Shown: positions 1 through 11,652 of the stretch, piece after piece
Layout: the number at the start of each line of letters is the position of its first letter
How positions within the stretch are numbered: the first letter of the stretch is position 1
DNA from: an uncultured Bacilli bacterium
GTDB taxonomy: Bacteria; Bacillota_I; Bacilli_A; RF39; UBA660
Length of the DNA: 59,136 nt
Direction of reading: 5' to 3'
Assembly: GCA_944371305.1 (NCBI GenBank)
Contig: CALVXM010000004.1
Coordinates: forward strand, 1-59,136
Made by a program: the position numbers and the translations under genes
The notes under the pieces: generated by a model
What the model was told of the DNA's origin: nothing
The model's input: only the letters and a program-made list of their open reading frames with translations
The model's database searches: none

Positions 1-190
1 GAGTAGATTTTCATCTACCCTCAATTACTCATTATCATTAGTTTTTGGATTCACCAACACTATTTGACAAAGAGCCTGTTTTTTTATTGTAATTCATATA
101 GACTTTTTTAACAATATAACTATCCGAACATCATAAGGTCAGTTTAAATCATAGCTACTCAAACTACTATCTAACTCTTTTTCACCTACT

Positions 191-336
191 TTAATTTGTT
201 ATTATTTTTGTTTCAAATAAACCAAATGATTTTCTTATCTCATCTATTACATTTAAGATTATGAATGTGTGATTAAAGCCATTATAGCTAATATAATTAT
301 TACCATCAATAGTTTACCTTTTCTTAATTTTTCTCA
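191..336 (-). pseudogene. Frameshifted relic of a prepilin-type (class III signal peptide) gene
   Basis: Minus strand reads KG-KLLMVIIILAIMALIT, then after a frameshift FIILNVIDEIRKS; compare KGFTLIELLAVIIILAIIALIATPIILNVIEDARKS of the gene at 15771-17483. FTLIE is missing. Confidence 0.75.
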
Positions 337-376
337 ATTCTTTATAATTTATTTTAGTAAAAAAAGAATTAATAGA

Positions 377-3300
377 CTAATCCATTAATTCTTGTTCTAA
401 AGCTTCAAGTGGTTCATCATCAATATAAGGAATTTCTAAATCATAACTAGCTTTCTTATATTTTTTAGCTCCAGTACCAGCTGGAATCAATTTACCAATA
501 ATAACATTTTCTTTTAAACCATTTAATTCATCAACACGACCATGAATTGCTGCATCTGTTAAAATTCTAGTTGTTTCTTGGAAAGAAGCAGCTGATAAGA
601 ATGAATCTGTTTCTAAGCTAGCTTTAGTAATACCTAATAAAACTGGTCGACCTAAAGCTGGAGTTTTACCTTCAAGAATCAATTGTTTATTAGTATCGGC
701 AAAATGATTGATATTAACCATTGTACCTGGTAAATATAATGAATCACCAGAAGAAATAATCTTAATTTTAGAAATCATACGTTTAGCAATAATTTCAACG
801 TGTTTATCAGAAATACTAACACCTTGTGATTGATATACTTTTTGAATTTCTAATAAAATATATTGTTGAACTGTAATTGGATCAGTTACAACTAATAATT
901 CTTTCGGATTAATAGCACCAAATGTTAGTTTATCCCCAGCTTGAACCTCTTGATTTAATTCAATCATCAATTTAGCGCCATAGTTAGTTGTATGAACTTT
1001 AGTCTCAGCATCATTAGCAACGGTAATTTCAAATTTACCATTTTCTTCTTCAATTTTAGTAACTTTGCCATTAATTTCAGAAATAGTTGCTTTACCTTTT
1101 GGATTACGTGATTCAAATAGTTCTTGAACACGAGGTAAACCTTGAGTAATATCGTCTCCAGCAACACCACCAGAGTTAATTGTACGCATTGTCAATTGAG
1201 TACCAGGCTCACCGATTGATTGAGCAGCCATAATACCAACTGCTTCACCTACCTCAACTAATGATCCTGTTGCTAGATTACGACCATAACACTTACAACA
1301 TACACCGTGTTCAGTCTTACAAGTTAAAACTGTTCTAATTGGTACTTTGGTAATACCAGCTTTAATAATTTTATCAGCTAACTGTTCAGTAATATAAGTA
1401 TTTCTCTCTGCAATAACTTCTTTAGTTTCTGGATGAATTACTTTCTTATTAGTATATCTACCAATAATACGATCGGCTAAACTTTCAACAACAGTATTAT
1501 TTTTATCATCGATAAACGCTTCGACTAAAACACCCTCGCTAGTACCACAATCATCTTCTTTGACAATCATATCTTGAGCAACATCGACTAAACGACGAGT
1601 CAAATAACCAGCATCAGCTGTTTTTAAGGCTGTATCAACAGCTCCTTTACGAGCACCATGTGTAGCTAAGAAGAATTCTGATACATTAGCTCCTTCAGTA
1701 AATGAAGAAGTAATCGGAATTTCAACAGCTTCTCCAGTTGGTTTCATCATAAGCCCACGCATACCAGCCATTTGGTTGTAGTTAGACATATTACCACGAG
1801 CACCAGAATCAATCATCATTGAAATAGAATTTTCTTTGTGAGTTTTAATAAATCCTTCTAATTCAGCGGCAATTTTATTTTTAGCCTGATTCCATGTTTC
1901 AACAACATTTTCATAACGTTCTCTATCAGTAATCAAACCGCGCTTAAATTGTTTATTAATCGTATCCACTTTACTAGAAGCTTCGGCTAAAACTTCTTTC
2001 TTAGTTTTAGATTCGATAATATCACCAATACCAATTGAAATACCTGATAAAGTTGAATATTTAAATCCTAAATCTTTCATTTTATCAAGCATAACTGAAG
2101 TTTCAGTAGTTTGATATCTTTTATAAATTTGAGCAATTAACTTAGTTAAAACTTTCTTACCAAATGGTTTAACTAATTCCATTTTAGCTATTTCTTCTTT
2201 AATATTCATACCCTTATCGATAAAATATTTACTTGGCGTAATTTTTTCGATATTTTCTTCACTTCCATCATTAATATATTGGAAAGTATCAGGAAATATC
2301 TCATTAAATAATAATTTACCTGGGGTGGTTACTAAATATTTATCTAAATACTTATCAGGGAATATCTTATGCTTAAATGACTTAACAGGAATTGCAATAC
2401 GTGTGTGTAGAGTTATTTCTCTTCTTTCATAAGCCATCAAAGCTTCATTATCGTTTTTAAAGACACGACCTTCGCCTTCTAATCCAGATTTTTCTAAAGT
2501 AATATAGTAGTTACCTAAAATCATATCTTGACCAGGAGTAACAATTGGTTGTCCATCCTTAGGTGATAAGATATTATTCGCACCTAACATTAAAATACGA
2601 GCTTCAGCTTGCGCTTCATCAGAAATAGGTACGTGAACAGCCATTTGATCGCCGTCAAAATCGGCATTAAATGCAGCACACACCAATGGATGAAGTCTAA
2701 TACTTCGACCTTCAATTAACTTAGGTTGGAAAGCTTGAATACCAAGTCTATGTAAAGTTGGAGCACGGTTTAATAAAACTGGATGTTCATTTATTTTTTC
2801 TTCGACAATATCCCATACTCTTTCATCTTGGTTTTCAATCATTTTTTTAGCCGCTTTAATGTTAGAAGCTATTTCTTTAGAAACCAAACCATTAATAACA
2901 TGTGGTTTGAATAACTCCAAAGCCATTTCTTTTGGAATACCACATTCATACATTTTGAGTGATGGTCCAACAACGATAACAGAACGTCCTGAATAATCGA
3001 CACGTTTACCTAATAAATTCTGACGGAAACGACCTTGTTTTCCTTTTAACATACTAGATAAAGATTTTAAAGGACGGTTACCAGCACCAGTTATGTTTCT
3101 ACCACGTCTACCATTGTCAAACAAAGCATCAACAGCCTCTTGTAACATACGTTTTTCATTTTGAATGATAATTGAAGGAGCACCTAATTCCATTAATTTC
3201 TTTAAACGATTATTTCTATTGATTACTCTTCGATATAAGTCATTTAAATCAGATGTTGCAAAACGACCACCATCTAATTGAATCATTGGTCTTAGTTCCG

Positions 3301-4012
3301 GTGGTATTACAGGAAGAGCTTCTAAAATCATCCATTCTGGACGGTTACCTGATTCTAAGAAAGCATTTAATACATCTAATCTTTTAATCAATCTAATTCG
3401 TTTTTGACTAGTTGCATCTTTAATACTCTCGATTTCTTCTTTAATAGCCTTTACTTCTTCTTCTAGATTTACTTGTTCTAGTAATTCTTTAATAGCTTCA
3501 GCACCCATGCCTACTCTAAACGAATTACCATATTTTTCATAATATGCTCGATATTCTTTGTCAGAGATAGTTTGTTTTTTTTCTAAAGGAGCACTTCCAG
3601 GATCTAGAACAACGTAACTAACAAAATATAATACTTCTTCCAAATCACGAGGTGACATATCTAAAACTAAACCAATTCTAGATGGTACACCTTTAAAAAA
3701 CCAAATGTGAGAACAAGGCGTTGCAAGTTCAATATGTCCCATCCGTTCTCTTCTTACTTTACTACGAGTAACTTCAACGCCACAACGATCACATACAATA
3801 TTTTTATATCTTAATCTTTTATATTTACCGCACGAACATTCAAAATCTTTGGTAGGACCGAATATTTTTTCACAAAATAATCCATCTCTTTCAGGTTTTA
3901 AAGTACGGTAATTGATAGTCTCTGCTTTTTTTACTTCGCCATATGACCATGAACGAATCTTCTCAGGAGACGCAATCGATATTTTTAAGCCTTCAAATTC
4001 ATTAATATTCAT
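377..4012 (-). CDS. rpoC: DNA-directed RNA polymerase beta' subunit
   Basis: NADFDGD catalytic motif, N-terminal Zn finger (CSCGKY...CDRCG), [12 protein letters not shown]; start overlaps the rpoB stop. Confidence 0.99.
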   Translation of the reverse strand: MNINEFEGLKISIASPEKIRSWSYGEVKKAETINYRTLKPERDGLFCEKIFGPTKDFECSCGKYKRLRYKNIVCDRCGVEVTRSKVRRERMGHIELATPCSHIWFFKGVPSRIGLVLDMSPRDLEEVLYFVSYVVLDPGSAPLEKKQTISDKEYRAYYEKYGNSFRVGMGAEAIKELLEQVNLEEEVKAIKEEIESIKDATSQKRIRLIKRLDVLNAFLESGNRPEWMILEALPVIPPELRPMIQLDGGRFATSDLNDLYRRVINRNNRLKKLMELGAPSIIIQNEKRMLQEAVDALFDNGRRGRNITGAGNRPLKSLSSMLKGKQGRFRQNLLGKRVDYSGRSVIVVGPSLKMYECGIPKEMALELFKPHVINGLVSKEIASNIKAAKKMIENQDERVWDIVEEKINEHPVLLNRAPTLHRLGIQAFQPKLIEGRSIRLHPLVCAAFNADFDGDQMAVHVPISDEAQAEARILMLGANNILSPKDGQPIVTPGQDMILGNYYITLEKSGLEGEGRVFKNDNEALMAYERREITLHTRIAIPVKSFKHKIFPDKYLDKYLVTTPGKLLFNEIFPDTFQYINDGSEENIEKITPSKYFIDKGMNIKEEIAKMELVKPFGKKVLTKLIAQIYKRYQTTETSVMLDKMKDLGFKYSTLSGISIGIGDIIESKTKKEVLAEASSKVDTINKQFKRGLITDRERYENVVETWNQAKNKIAAELEGFIKTHKENSISMMIDSGARGNMSNYNQMAGMRGLMMKPTGEAVEIPITSSFTEGANVSEFFLATHGARKGAVDTALKTADAGYLTRRLVDVAQDMIVKEDDCGTSEGVLVEAFIDDKNNTVVESLADRIIGRYTNKKVIHPETKEVIAERNTYITEQLADKIIKAGITKVPIRTVLTCKTEHGVCCKCYGRNLATGSLVEVGEAVGIMAAQSIGEPGTQLTMRTINSGGVAGDDITQGLPRVQELFESRNPKGKATISEINGKVTKIEEENGKFEITVANDAETKVHTTNYGAKLMIELNQEVQAGDKLTFGAINPKELLVVTDPITVQQYILLEIQKVYQSQGVSISDKHVEIIAKRMISKIKIISSGDSLYLPGTMVNINHFADTNKQLILEGKTPALGRPVLLGITKASLETDSFLSAASFQETTRILTDAAIHGRVDELNGLKENVIIGKLIPAGTGAKKYKKASYDLEIPYIDDEPLEALEQELMD

Positions 4013-7000
4013 TACATAGCCTCCTTATCAATAGAATCCTCATCAAAATCTTCATCGAATTCTTCATCAAAATCATCTTCTTCAAATTCAGATTCTTCTT
4101 CATTATTTTCAGGTACTGTCATCGGTTCAATACTGTTTTCAAATTCTTCAACATTGACAAAACCTTCTTGATCCATAGCTTCGATTTCTTTCATATCGAC
4201 TAATTTACCATTTTCTGATAAAACACTAATATCTAACCCTAAAGCTTGGAATTCTTTAATCAATACTCTAAAGCTCTCTGGTACACTACTAGCTGGAAGC
4301 GGTTGACCTTTTACTAAAGCTTCATAAACTTTAACACGTCCGACAACATCATCAGATTTAATCGTCATCATTTCTTGTAAAACATGAGCAGCACCATAAG
4401 CATATAATGCCCAAACTTCCATTTCTCCAAATCTTTGTCCACCAAATTGTGCTTTACCACCTAATGGTTGTTGCGTTACTAATGAGTAAGGTCCTGTTGA
4501 TCTAGCATGTAATTTGTCATCAACCATGTGGTGAAGTTTGATCATATACATAACCCCAACTGAAACACGGTTATCAAATGGTTCACCAGTTCTACCATCG
4601 TATAAAACCATTTTACCATCTTCATCTAAGCCAGCTTCTTTTAAAGCATCGATAATCTCTTCTCTTGTTGCCCCATCAAATGCTGGAGTCATAACATGAA
4701 TATTTAATTTTTTAGCAGCAGCTCCTAAGTGCATTTCTAAAATTTGTCCGATGTTCATACGGCTTGGTACACCTAATGGGTTAAGTAAAATATCAATAGG
4801 CGTTCCATCTGCCATATAAGGCATATCTTCTTTCGGTAAGATTAATGAGATAACACCTTTATTACCATGGCGTCCAGCCATTTTATCACCGATAGAAATC
4901 TTACGTTTTTGAGCAATATAAACGCGTACTATTTTTGATACTCCAGCTGGTAATTCGTCAGAATCTTCTTTAGTAAATATCTTAACATCATGAACAATAC
5001 CTTCCCCACCATGAGGAACTCTTAATGATGTATCTCTTACTTCCCTTGTTTTCTCACCGAAAATAGCGTGCAATAATTTTTCTTCACTAGTTAGTTCAGC
5101 CATTCCTTTTGGTGTTACTTTACCAACTAAAATATCATCATCTTTAACTTCCGTACCAATTCTAATAATACCGTTTTCATCCAAATTTTTTCTTGCATCC
5201 TCACCTACGTTTGGAATATCACGAGTAAATTCTTCTGGACCTAGTTTTGTGTCACGACATTCAATTTGATAATCTTCAATATGAATAGATGTATAAACAT
5301 CATCAGATACTAATCTTTCATTTAAAATAACGGCATCCTCATAATTATAACCATTAAAGTTCATGAATGCTACTGTAACATTGCGTCCTAAAGCCATTTC
5401 ACCTTTATCAGAAGAAGGGCCATCAGCTATTACTTGATCTTTTTTAACGATATCGTTTACTCTTACAATTGGAATTTGGTGATAGCAAGTACCATTATTA
5501 CTACGCTCATAACCATTCAAGTAATAAGTATCCTTACCACCTTTAGTTTTAATAACAATTTTCTTACCATCGACGTATTCAACAATACCATCAGATGTAG
5601 CAATAACTACTGAACCACCATCGCGAGCTGCAATTGCTTCAATACCAGTACCTACTAATGGTGCTTCTGATTTTAATAGTGGTATTGCTTGACGTTGCAT
5701 GTTTGAACCCATTAAAGCTCTTTTACCATCATCATGTTCCAAGAATGGAATACCTTGCGTAGTTATTGATATAACCTGTTGTGGTGAAACATCGATAAAA
5801 TCTACTTTTTTAGATTCGATGATTATATTATCGCCACGATATCTAACAGGAACTTTTTCTTCTATAAAACAATTATTTTCATCTAATCGTACTGTTGCTT
5901 GGGAAATATAATGATCCAATTCTTCATCAGCTGTCATATAAACAACTTCGTCAGTCAACTTACCATTTTCGACTTTACGATAAGGAGTCATAATAAATCC
6001 ATAATCGTTTACCCTAGCATAACTAGCCAAAGCAGTAATAAGACCGATATTTGGTCCTTCTGGTGATTCAATTGGGCAAAGTCTTCCATAATGTGATGGA
6101 TTAACGTCACGAACATCCATACCAGCTCTATCTCTTGATAATCCGCCTGGACCTAAGCTAGATAAACGTCTTTTATTAGCTAATTCAGCAATTGGGTTAG
6201 TTTGATCCATAAATTGTGATAACTGGCTTGAACCAAAGAATTCTTTAATAGCAGCTGTAAGTGGTCTTATATTAATAAGAGACTTAGGTGTTACCTCAGC
6301 AAGTTCTTGAGTACTCATACGATCTCTTATTACTCTTTCAATACGAGACACACCAATTCTAAATTGATTTTGTAATAATTCTCCTACCTGTCTTACACGA
6401 CGGTTAGATAAATGATCTATTTCGTCAAATGAACCAATTCCTTCAAATAAATTTAAATAATATGAAACAGAAGCATAGATATCTGAAATAGTTAATCTTT
6501 TTTCAGTAATAGATTGATCATTACCAATAATATTAACAATACGATCTTTATTAATATTGCTATAAACTTTAACCACTTGAACTTTGTTATAATTATCTAA
6601 TTCTTCGTTAATTAAAACTTCTTTAACGCCATAACCATTTTCAAATACTGGTTTTAAAGTTTCTAATAATTCTTTAGTTACTAAATCGCCTTTATTAGCA
6701 AAAATTTTGCCATCAACTTTAATATCTTCTGCTAATTTACAACCTAACAAACGATCTAGAACATTTAATTTTTTATTAAATTTATAACGTCCAACTTTAG
6801 CTAGATCATATCTAAATGCATCAAAAAATCTCGTAATAAGCTGATTTTTCGCACTGTCTAAAGTTGAAGGTTCACCAGGTCTTAATTTAGAGTGAATATC
6901 AATTAATGCTTCATCTTTGTTCTTATTAGTATCTTTTTCGATTGTTTTTTCGATTAATTCATTTTCACCAAATAAATCGATTATGTCTTCATCACTATTT

Positions 7001-7605
7001 AAACCGATTGCTCTAAGTAATGTCGTAATAGGTACTTTTCTTGTACGATCAATTCTAACATAAATTACATCTCTTGAATCAATCTCATATTCTAACCAAG
7101 TACCACGAGTTGGAATAATTTGCGAAGTAATAGTCACACGACCATTCTTCTTATCAGTTTCTTTACCATAATAACAACTTGGAGAACGAACTAATTGTGA
7201 TACGATAACACGTTCAGCACCATTGATTATAAATGTTCCTGTTTCTGTCATTATTGGCATATCGCCTAAAAATATTTCTTGTTCTTTAACTTCTCCAGTT
7301 TCACCATTAAAAAGTCTTGCTTCAACTTTTAAAGGTGCTGCATAAGTTGCATATCTTTCCTTACAACCTTTGATGGAATATTTTGGTTGTTCAAAAGAAT
7401 ATTTGCCAAACTCCAACGACAAATTTCCTGTAAAACTTTCTACAGGAAAAATATCATCAAATACCTCTTGAATACCTTCAGTCATAAACCAATCATAAGA
7501 TTTTTTTTGAATTTCTAATAAATTGTTTAATTCAATTGCATTTTTTGTTTTTGCATAATTTCTTCTTTCACGATAATCTCCGACTTTTTTTGTTGTATAT
7601 GCCAC
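4012..7605 (-). CDS. rpoB: DNA-directed RNA polymerase beta subunit
   Basis: [25 protein letters not shown] and the rifampicin-binding region; start refined to GTG at 7605 behind RBS AGGGGTGA (ORF track starts at 7641). Confidence 0.99.
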   Translation of the reverse strand: MAYTTKKVGDYRERRNYAKTKNAIELNNLLEIQKKSYDWFMTEGIQEVFDDIFPVESFTGNLSLEFGKYSFEQPKYSIKGCKERYATYAAPLKVEARLFNGETGEVKEQEIFLGDMPIMTETGTFIINGAERVIVSQLVRSPSCYYGKETDKKNGRVTITSQIIPTRGTWLEYEIDSRDVIYVRIDRTRKVPITTLLRAIGLNSDEDIIDLFGENELIEKTIEKDTNKNKDEALIDIHSKLRPGEPSTLDSAKNQLITRFFDAFRYDLAKVGRYKFNKKLNVLDRLLGCKLAEDIKVDGKIFANKGDLVTKELLETLKPVFENGYGVKEVLINEELDNYNKVQVVKVYSNINKDRIVNIIGNDQSITEKRLTISDIYASVSYYLNLFEGIGSFDEIDHLSNRRVRQVGELLQNQFRIGVSRIERVIRDRMSTQELAEVTPKSLINIRPLTAAIKEFFGSSQLSQFMDQTNPIAELANKRRLSSLGPGGLSRDRAGMDVRDVNPSHYGRLCPIESPEGPNIGLITALASYARVNDYGFIMTPYRKVENGKLTDEVVYMTADEELDHYISQATVRLDENNCFIEEKVPVRYRGDNIIIESKKVDFIDVSPQQVISITTQGIPFLEHDDGKRALMGSNMQRQAIPLLKSEAPLVGTGIEAIAARDGGSVVIATSDGIVEYVDGKKIVIKTKGGKDTYYLNGYERSNNGTCYHQIPIVRVNDIVKKDQVIADGPSSDKGEMALGRNVTVAFMNFNGYNYEDAVILNERLVSDDVYTSIHIEDYQIECRDTKLGPEEFTRDIPNVGEDARKNLDENGIIRIGTEVKDDDILVGKVTPKGMAELTSEEKLLHAIFGEKTREVRDTSLRVPHGGEGIVHDVKIFTKEDSDELPAGVSKIVRVYIAQKRKISIGDKMAGRHGNKGVISLILPKEDMPYMADGTPIDILLNPLGVPSRMNIGQILEMHLGAAAKKLNIHVMTPAFDGATREEIIDALKEAGLDEDGKMVLYDGRTGEPFDNRVSVGVMYMIKLHHMVDDKLHARSTGPYSLVTQQPLGGKAQFGGQRFGEMEVWALYAYGAAHVLQEMMTIKSDDVVGRVKVYEALVKGQPLPASSVPESFRVLIKEFQALGLDISVLSENGKLVDMKEIEAMDQEGFVNVEEFENSIEPMTVPENNEEESEFEEDDFDEEFDEDFDEDSIDKEAM

Positions 7606-7663
7606 TCTTTCACCCCTATATACTATATTATCATGTATCAAAAGTACATGCCACCAATTTATA

Positions 7664-7692
7664 ATTTTATCAAATTTGTGTCAACGTGTCAA
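7664..7692 (-). promoter_or_regulatory. sigmaA-type promoter upstream of rpoB
   Basis: TTGACA-17 nt-TAAAAT with TG extension; the -35 overlaps the stop codon of the upstream methyltransferase. Confidence 0.7.
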
Positions 7693-8270
7693 TTACTTAT
7701 TGCACGAATTACAAAAAAACCTTTATTTTTACAAACGACTGTCGTCTCATATTCTTTACTTAAATCTTTAAATAAACTTTTAGCGCCTTGATCTTTATTA
7801 ACAACTAACCATAACTGACCATTTTTATTCAAATGATTCTTAGCGTCAAATAATAATTTATAAAGAATATCCTTCCCCACTCTAATCGGTGGATTAGTAA
7901 TGATAAAATCGTATTTTTTAGTAATACTACTATATAAATCACTTTCAAAAACATTAGTTTTAACATTGTTTAATAAAGAATTTTTTAAAGCTAAATCGAG
8001 GCTTCGTAAATTAACATCAACCATATCAACATTGACATCATATTTTTTAGCAATATAAATACCAATTGGTCCATAACCACAACCGATATCTAAAACATCG
8101 CCTTTTAATGGTGGTAAAGTTTCTAATAAGGTTCTCGTTCCAAAATCTAATCCTTTCTTAGAAAACACACCATTATCAGTATAAAAAGAAAGAGCAAGAT
8201 TATTAATTATGACATTTATTTTTTTTACTTCACTTTTTAATGTTTCATCGTTAGTAAAATAATAACTCAT
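7689..8270 (-). CDS. Class I SAM-dependent methyltransferase (RsmC/YbxB-like)
   Basis: VLDIGCGYG, TNPPIR motifs; between rplL and rpoB as B. subtilis ybxB; start MSYYF at 8270 behind GAGGA. Confidence 0.9.
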   Translation of the reverse strand: MSYYFTNDETLKSEVKKINVIINNLALSFYTDNGVFSKKGLDFGTRTLLETLPPLKGDVLDIGCGYGPIGIYIAKKYDVNVDMVDVNLRSLDLALKNSLLNNVKTNVFESDLYSSITKKYDFIITNPPIRVGKDILYKLLFDAKNHLNKNGQLWLVVNKDQGAKSLFKDLSKEYETTVVCKNKGFFVIRAISN

Positions 8271-8300
8271 ATTTATCTTCCTCTTTTCTAAAAACACGTT

Positions 8301-8326
8301 AAGCCCGCACTTAAAAGTACAGGCTT
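8301..8326 (-). terminator. Hairpin after rplL, probable terminator
   Basis: AAGCCTGTAC-loop-GTGCGGGCTT stem just 3' of rplL; weak U tract. Confidence 0.5.
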
Positions 8327-8345
8327 TAAAATTATAAATTTTTAA

Positions 8346-8714
8346 TTATTTTAATTCAACAGTAGCGCCAGCTTCTTCGAATTTAGCTTTTAATTCATTA
8401 GCTTCATCAGTTGGAATATTTTCTTTAACTGCTCCACCGTTATCAGCTAAATCTTTAGCTTCTTTTAATCCTAATCCAGTGATATCACGAACTAATTTGA
8501 TAACAGCGATTTTATTAGCACCAGCAGCAGTTAATACAACACTAACTGTAGAAGGTCCTTCATCTACTATAGCAGCTACAGGTCCAGCAGCAACAGCTAC
8601 AGCACTTGGATCAACACCAAATTCCTCCTTCATTGCATCTACTAATTCTTTAACTTCAAGAATTGTCATTTCTTTTAATCCACTAATAAATTCATCTTTT
8701 GTAAATTTTGCCAT
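8346..8714 (-). CDS. rplL: 50S ribosomal protein L7/L12
   Basis: [22 protein letters not shown] and [10 protein letters not shown] signature. Confidence 0.99.
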   Translation of the reverse strand: MAKFTKDEFISGLKEMTILEVKELVDAMKEEFGVDPSAVAVAAGPVAAIVDEGPSTVSVVLTAAGANKIAVIKLVRDITGLGLKEAKDLADNGGAVKENIPTDEANELKAKFEEAGATVELK

Positions 8715-8730
8715 TTATAATCATTCCTTT

Positions 8731-9222
8731 CTATTTTTCTAAATCTTTACTATATAAATCTAAACAAATTGATAAATCTTTAACCACACCCATTAAACCA
8801 GATGCCAACATTGTAAGTAATCCATCTCTTGATGGGATGCTTGCTAGTTGTTTTAACATATTCATATCAGCTACTTGACCATCAACGTAACCGATTTTCA
8901 TAACTAAAGCTGGATGATCTTTTGCAAAATCATTCAAAACTTTAATTGGAGCAACAGCATCAGTACCGAATGCAATAGCTTTAGGTCCATTTAATTCACT
9001 ATCCAAATCGATATTTAAACCATCTAAAGCTCTTTTTACTAAAGTATTTTTATATACTTTATAATCAGAACCAGTCTCGCGTAGTTTTCTTCTTAATTCC
9101 ATCGTTTCATTAACTGTTAAACCATGATATTCAAACAAAACTGTTGCAGCTGATTCTTTTACTTTACCAGTTATTTCATCAACTGTAGCTTGCTTTTTTG
9201 CAATTATATTTTGATTTGCCAC
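8731..9222 (-). CDS. rplJ: 50S ribosomal protein L10
   Basis: EYHGLTV, VYKNTL, LASIPSRDGLL motifs; GTG start; upstream of rplL. Confidence 0.98.
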   Translation of the reverse strand: MANQNIIAKKQATVDEITGKVKESAATVLFEYHGLTVNETMELRRKLRETGSDYKVYKNTLVKRALDGLNIDLDSELNGPKAIAFGTDAVAPIKVLNDFAKDHPALVMKIGYVDGQVADMNMLKQLASIPSRDGLLTMLASGLMGVVKDLSICLDLYSKDLEK

Positions 9223-9254
9223 ATTACACCTCCTATATATCTTTGTAGTTATAC

Positions 9255-9358
9255 CGTCTAAAATAAAAGCTCTTACTTACCGTAAGAGCATTAGAAAACT
9301 TTCTAAGTCCTCGGTAGGAAATATTAAGTCAAATTGACTCCTACTGTCTACGGTACTT
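9255..9358 (-). ncRNA. L10 leader (ribosomal protein autoregulatory RNA) with attenuator hairpin
   Basis: CCGTAGACAGTAGG...TTAA...CCTACCGAGG core followed by GCTCTTAC-GGTAA-GTAAGAGC-TTTT terminator, directly 5' of rplJ. Confidence 0.88.
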
Positions 9359-9390
9359 CACACAACAAATTAATTATAGCATATTATTAA

Positions 9391-10086
9391 TTACTTGTCA
9401 AAAGAATTTGGATCAATTTTAATACCAGGACCCATCGTTGTTGCGATACTTATATTCTTAACATAAGTTCCTTTAACAACTGAAGGTTTAGTTTTTAAAA
9501 TTAATGATACAAAAGCTTCTAAATTTTCAAGTAATTGTTGTTCTTTGAAACTAACTTTACCGATGATAATATGAACATTACCATATGAATCAGTACGATA
9601 CTCGATTCTTCCTTGTTTTACTTCTTCAACAGCTTTCTTAACATCCATTGTTACTGTTCCAGTTTTAGGGTTTGGCATTAAACCTTTTGGGCCTAAAATT
9701 TTACCTAATTTACCTAATTGAGGCATCATATCTGGAGTAGCAATTAACACATCAAATTCAAACCAATTTTCTTTTTCGATTTTCTCTAAATAATCAATAT
9801 CTCCTACATAATCAGCGCCAGCAGTTGTAGCTTCTAAAGCTTTTGGGCCCTTAGCAATAACTAGGATTCTTTTAGTCTTACCTGTACCATTTGGTAAGCA
9901 AATTGTACCACGTAATTGTTGATCTGCTTTTTTAGTATCCAAATTTAAATTCATAGCCACTTCAACTGATGCATCAAATTTAGTTGTAGATGTTTTCTTT
10001 ACTAAATCGATAGCTTCTTCTTTAGTATATAATTTATTTTTTTCTACTAATTTAGCAGCTTCAACATATTTTTTACCTTTCTTCAT
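9391..10086 (-). CDS. rplA: 50S ribosomal protein L1
   Basis: [24 protein letters not shown] motifs. Confidence 0.99.
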   Translation of the reverse strand: MKKGKKYVEAAKLVEKNKLYTKEEAIDLVKKTSTTKFDASVEVAMNLNLDTKKADQQLRGTICLPNGTGKTKRILVIAKGPKALEATTAGADYVGDIDYLEKIEKENWFEFDVLIATPDMMPQLGKLGKILGPKGLMPNPKTGTVTMDVKKAVEEVKQGRIEYRTDSYGNVHIIIGKVSFKEQQLLENLEAFVSLILKTKPSVVKGTYVKNISIATTMGPGIKIDPNSFDK

Positions 10087-10100
10087 TATTCTACCTCCTT

Positions 10101-10133
10101 ATGTGGTCTAGCGGATAAAATTTCCTTCCACAT
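10101..10133 (-). ncRNA. Putative L1-binding operator hairpin upstream of rplA
   Basis: AUGUGG-AAG-G...CC-GCUAGA-CCACAU: stem with an asymmetric purine-rich internal loop next to the rplA RBS. Confidence 0.65.
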
Positions 10134-10147
10134 AGGTATTACCTATG

Positions 10148-10573
10148 TTAATCTTTAATTTCAATTCCCATATTTAAAGCTGTACCTTCAATGATTTTAA
10201 TAGCTTCATCTAAAGTATATGCGTTTAAATCTGGCAACTTTGTCTCAGCAATTTCTTTTAATTGGTCTTTAGTGATTGAACCAACTATTTCTTTCTTACC
10301 TTTTGTCGAACCAGCTTTTACTTTAGCTGCTTTTTTAATTAAAAATGCTGCTGGTGGAGTTTTAACTACGAAGTCAAAAGTTCTATCTTCATAAATAGTA
10401 ATTTCAACTGGTAATACATCTCCCATTTTATCTTTAGTTGCATCATTATATTTAGTACAAAATTCTTGTAGGTTAATTCCTTTTGGACCTAAAACAGTAC
10501 CAACTGGTGGAGCTGGAGTCGCCTTACCTGCTTGAATTTGTAATTTAACTTTACTTGCTATTTGTTTTGCCAC
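10148..10573 (-). CDS. rplK: 50S ribosomal protein L11
   Basis: AGKATPAPPVGTVLG, KTPPAAFL motifs; GTG start at 10573 preferred from RBS spacing. Confidence 0.99.
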   Translation of the reverse strand: MAKQIASKVKLQIQAGKATPAPPVGTVLGPKGINLQEFCTKYNDATKDKMGDVLPVEITIYEDRTFDFVVKTPPAAFLIKKAAKVKAGSTKGKKEIVGSITKDQLKEIAETKLPDLNAYTLDEAIKIIEGTALNMGIEIKD

Positions 10574-10602
10574 GAAAAACACTCTCCTTTCTTTTTCGCG
10601 TT

Positions 10603-10642
10603 GTGGTTATAATGATTATCCGCTAACAAATCAATCTCCCAC
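10603..10642 (-). ncRNA. Putative L1-binding operator hairpin upstream of rplK
   Basis: GUGG-GAG-AUUGAU...AUCAUU-AUAA-CCAC, the typical L1 site geometry. Confidence 0.65.
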
Positions 10643-10671
10643 TTCTATATAATAAAATATATAGCTTATTC

Positions 10672-10700
10672 ATGATAACACATTTTCAATATTTTGTAAA
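10672..10700 (-). promoter_or_regulatory. sigmaA-type promoter for rplK-rplA
   Basis: TTTACA-17 nt-TATCAT with TG extension between nusG and rplK. Confidence 0.6.
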
Positions 10701-11234
10701 CTATGATTTAGCAATTTGTGTTAATTCTAACTCGACATTAGTTTCTTGTCCAAATAAATCTAACGCCACTTCTACTTGTTGTTTTTCTAAATTAATACTA
10801 GTAATCTTACCAAACATATTAGCAAATGGACCATCAACTACTTTGACCATATCACCCACCTGCAATTCATTAGCAATATCTAAGCGACTCATACCCATTG
10901 AACCTAATATTTTATCTACTTCTGCTGGAGTTAGTGGAAATGGTTTAGCTCCTTTACCACTACTTCCAATAAATCCTGTTACACCTGGCGTATTTCTTAC
11001 TACAAACCAAGCTTCATCAGTCATTATCATTTCAACCAAAATATAACCAGGAAACATTTTCTTTACTTTTTCTTTTTTAACGCCATCTTTATATTCAACT
11101 TCTACTTGTTCTGGAACTACCACCCTAAAGATATAATCTTCAAGTCCCATACTAGAAGCACGCATCTCTAGTTTTTCTTTTACTTTTGTTTCATGACCTG
11201 AATAGGTGTTAACAACGTACCATTCTTTTTCCAT
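10701..11234 (-). CDS. nusG: Transcription termination/antitermination factor NusG
   Basis: WYVVNTYSGHE, FPGYILVEM, KOW motif GDMVKVVDGPFAN. Confidence 0.99.
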   Translation of the reverse strand: MEKEWYVVNTYSGHETKVKEKLEMRASSMGLEDYIFRVVVPEQVEVEYKDGVKKEKVKKMFPGYILVEMIMTDEAWFVVRNTPGVTGFIGSSGKGAKPFPLTPAEVDKILGSMGMSRLDIANELQVGDMVKVVDGPFANMFGKITSINLEKQQVEVALDLFGQETNVELELTQIAKS

Positions 11235-11500
11235 TATCCCACCAACATTTTCAATCCGGCAATTATCAAATCACCTAAAGTAAAGAATATACCAAAGAAA
11301 ACGATAAATGATAAAGTAGCTACTGAATATTTAATCATTTCACTTTTTAAAGGCCAACGAACCTTTTTCATTTCTTTTTTTACACCAGTAAAAAATGATT
11401 CTTGTTTTACTGAAGTTTTTTTATTTTCTTTCTTTTTTACATCTTTTTTCTTATTTGTTTTAGTTTCATCTTTAGTTACTTTTTTTGTAACATCTTTCAT
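11234..11500 (-). CDS. secE: Preprotein translocase subunit SecE
   Basis: EMKKVRWP motif plus one TM helix; coupled to nusG; Lys-rich N-terminal extension. Confidence 0.95.
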   Translation of the reverse strand: MKDVTKKVTKDETKTNKKKDVKKKENKKTSVKQESFFTGVKKEMKKVRWPLKSEMIKYSVATLSFIVFFGIFFTLGDLIIAGLKMLVG

Positions 11501-11563
11501 AGTTCACCTCTTTAATTATATGAAATTATTTCAAAATAAAAACACTTTTCTGTGTCTACATAA

Positions 11564-11592
11564 ATATTAACACATCTTTAAATTAATGTCAA
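11564..11592 (-). promoter_or_regulatory. sigmaA-type promoter for secE-nusG
   Basis: TTGACA-17 nt-TAATAT with TG extension. Confidence 0.6.
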
Positions 11593-11652
11593 TAAAATAT
11601 AGACAAATTAGTGTTTTTATTGATTATGAAATTCCTATAACTATGTAAAACA

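Noticed and set aside
1-22. GAAA-tetraloop hairpin at the window edge
   Set aside because: Truncated by the boundary; context unavailable.
11500-11650. rpmG or tRNA-Trp upstream of secE
   Set aside because: Neither an L33 ORF nor a cloverleaf is present.
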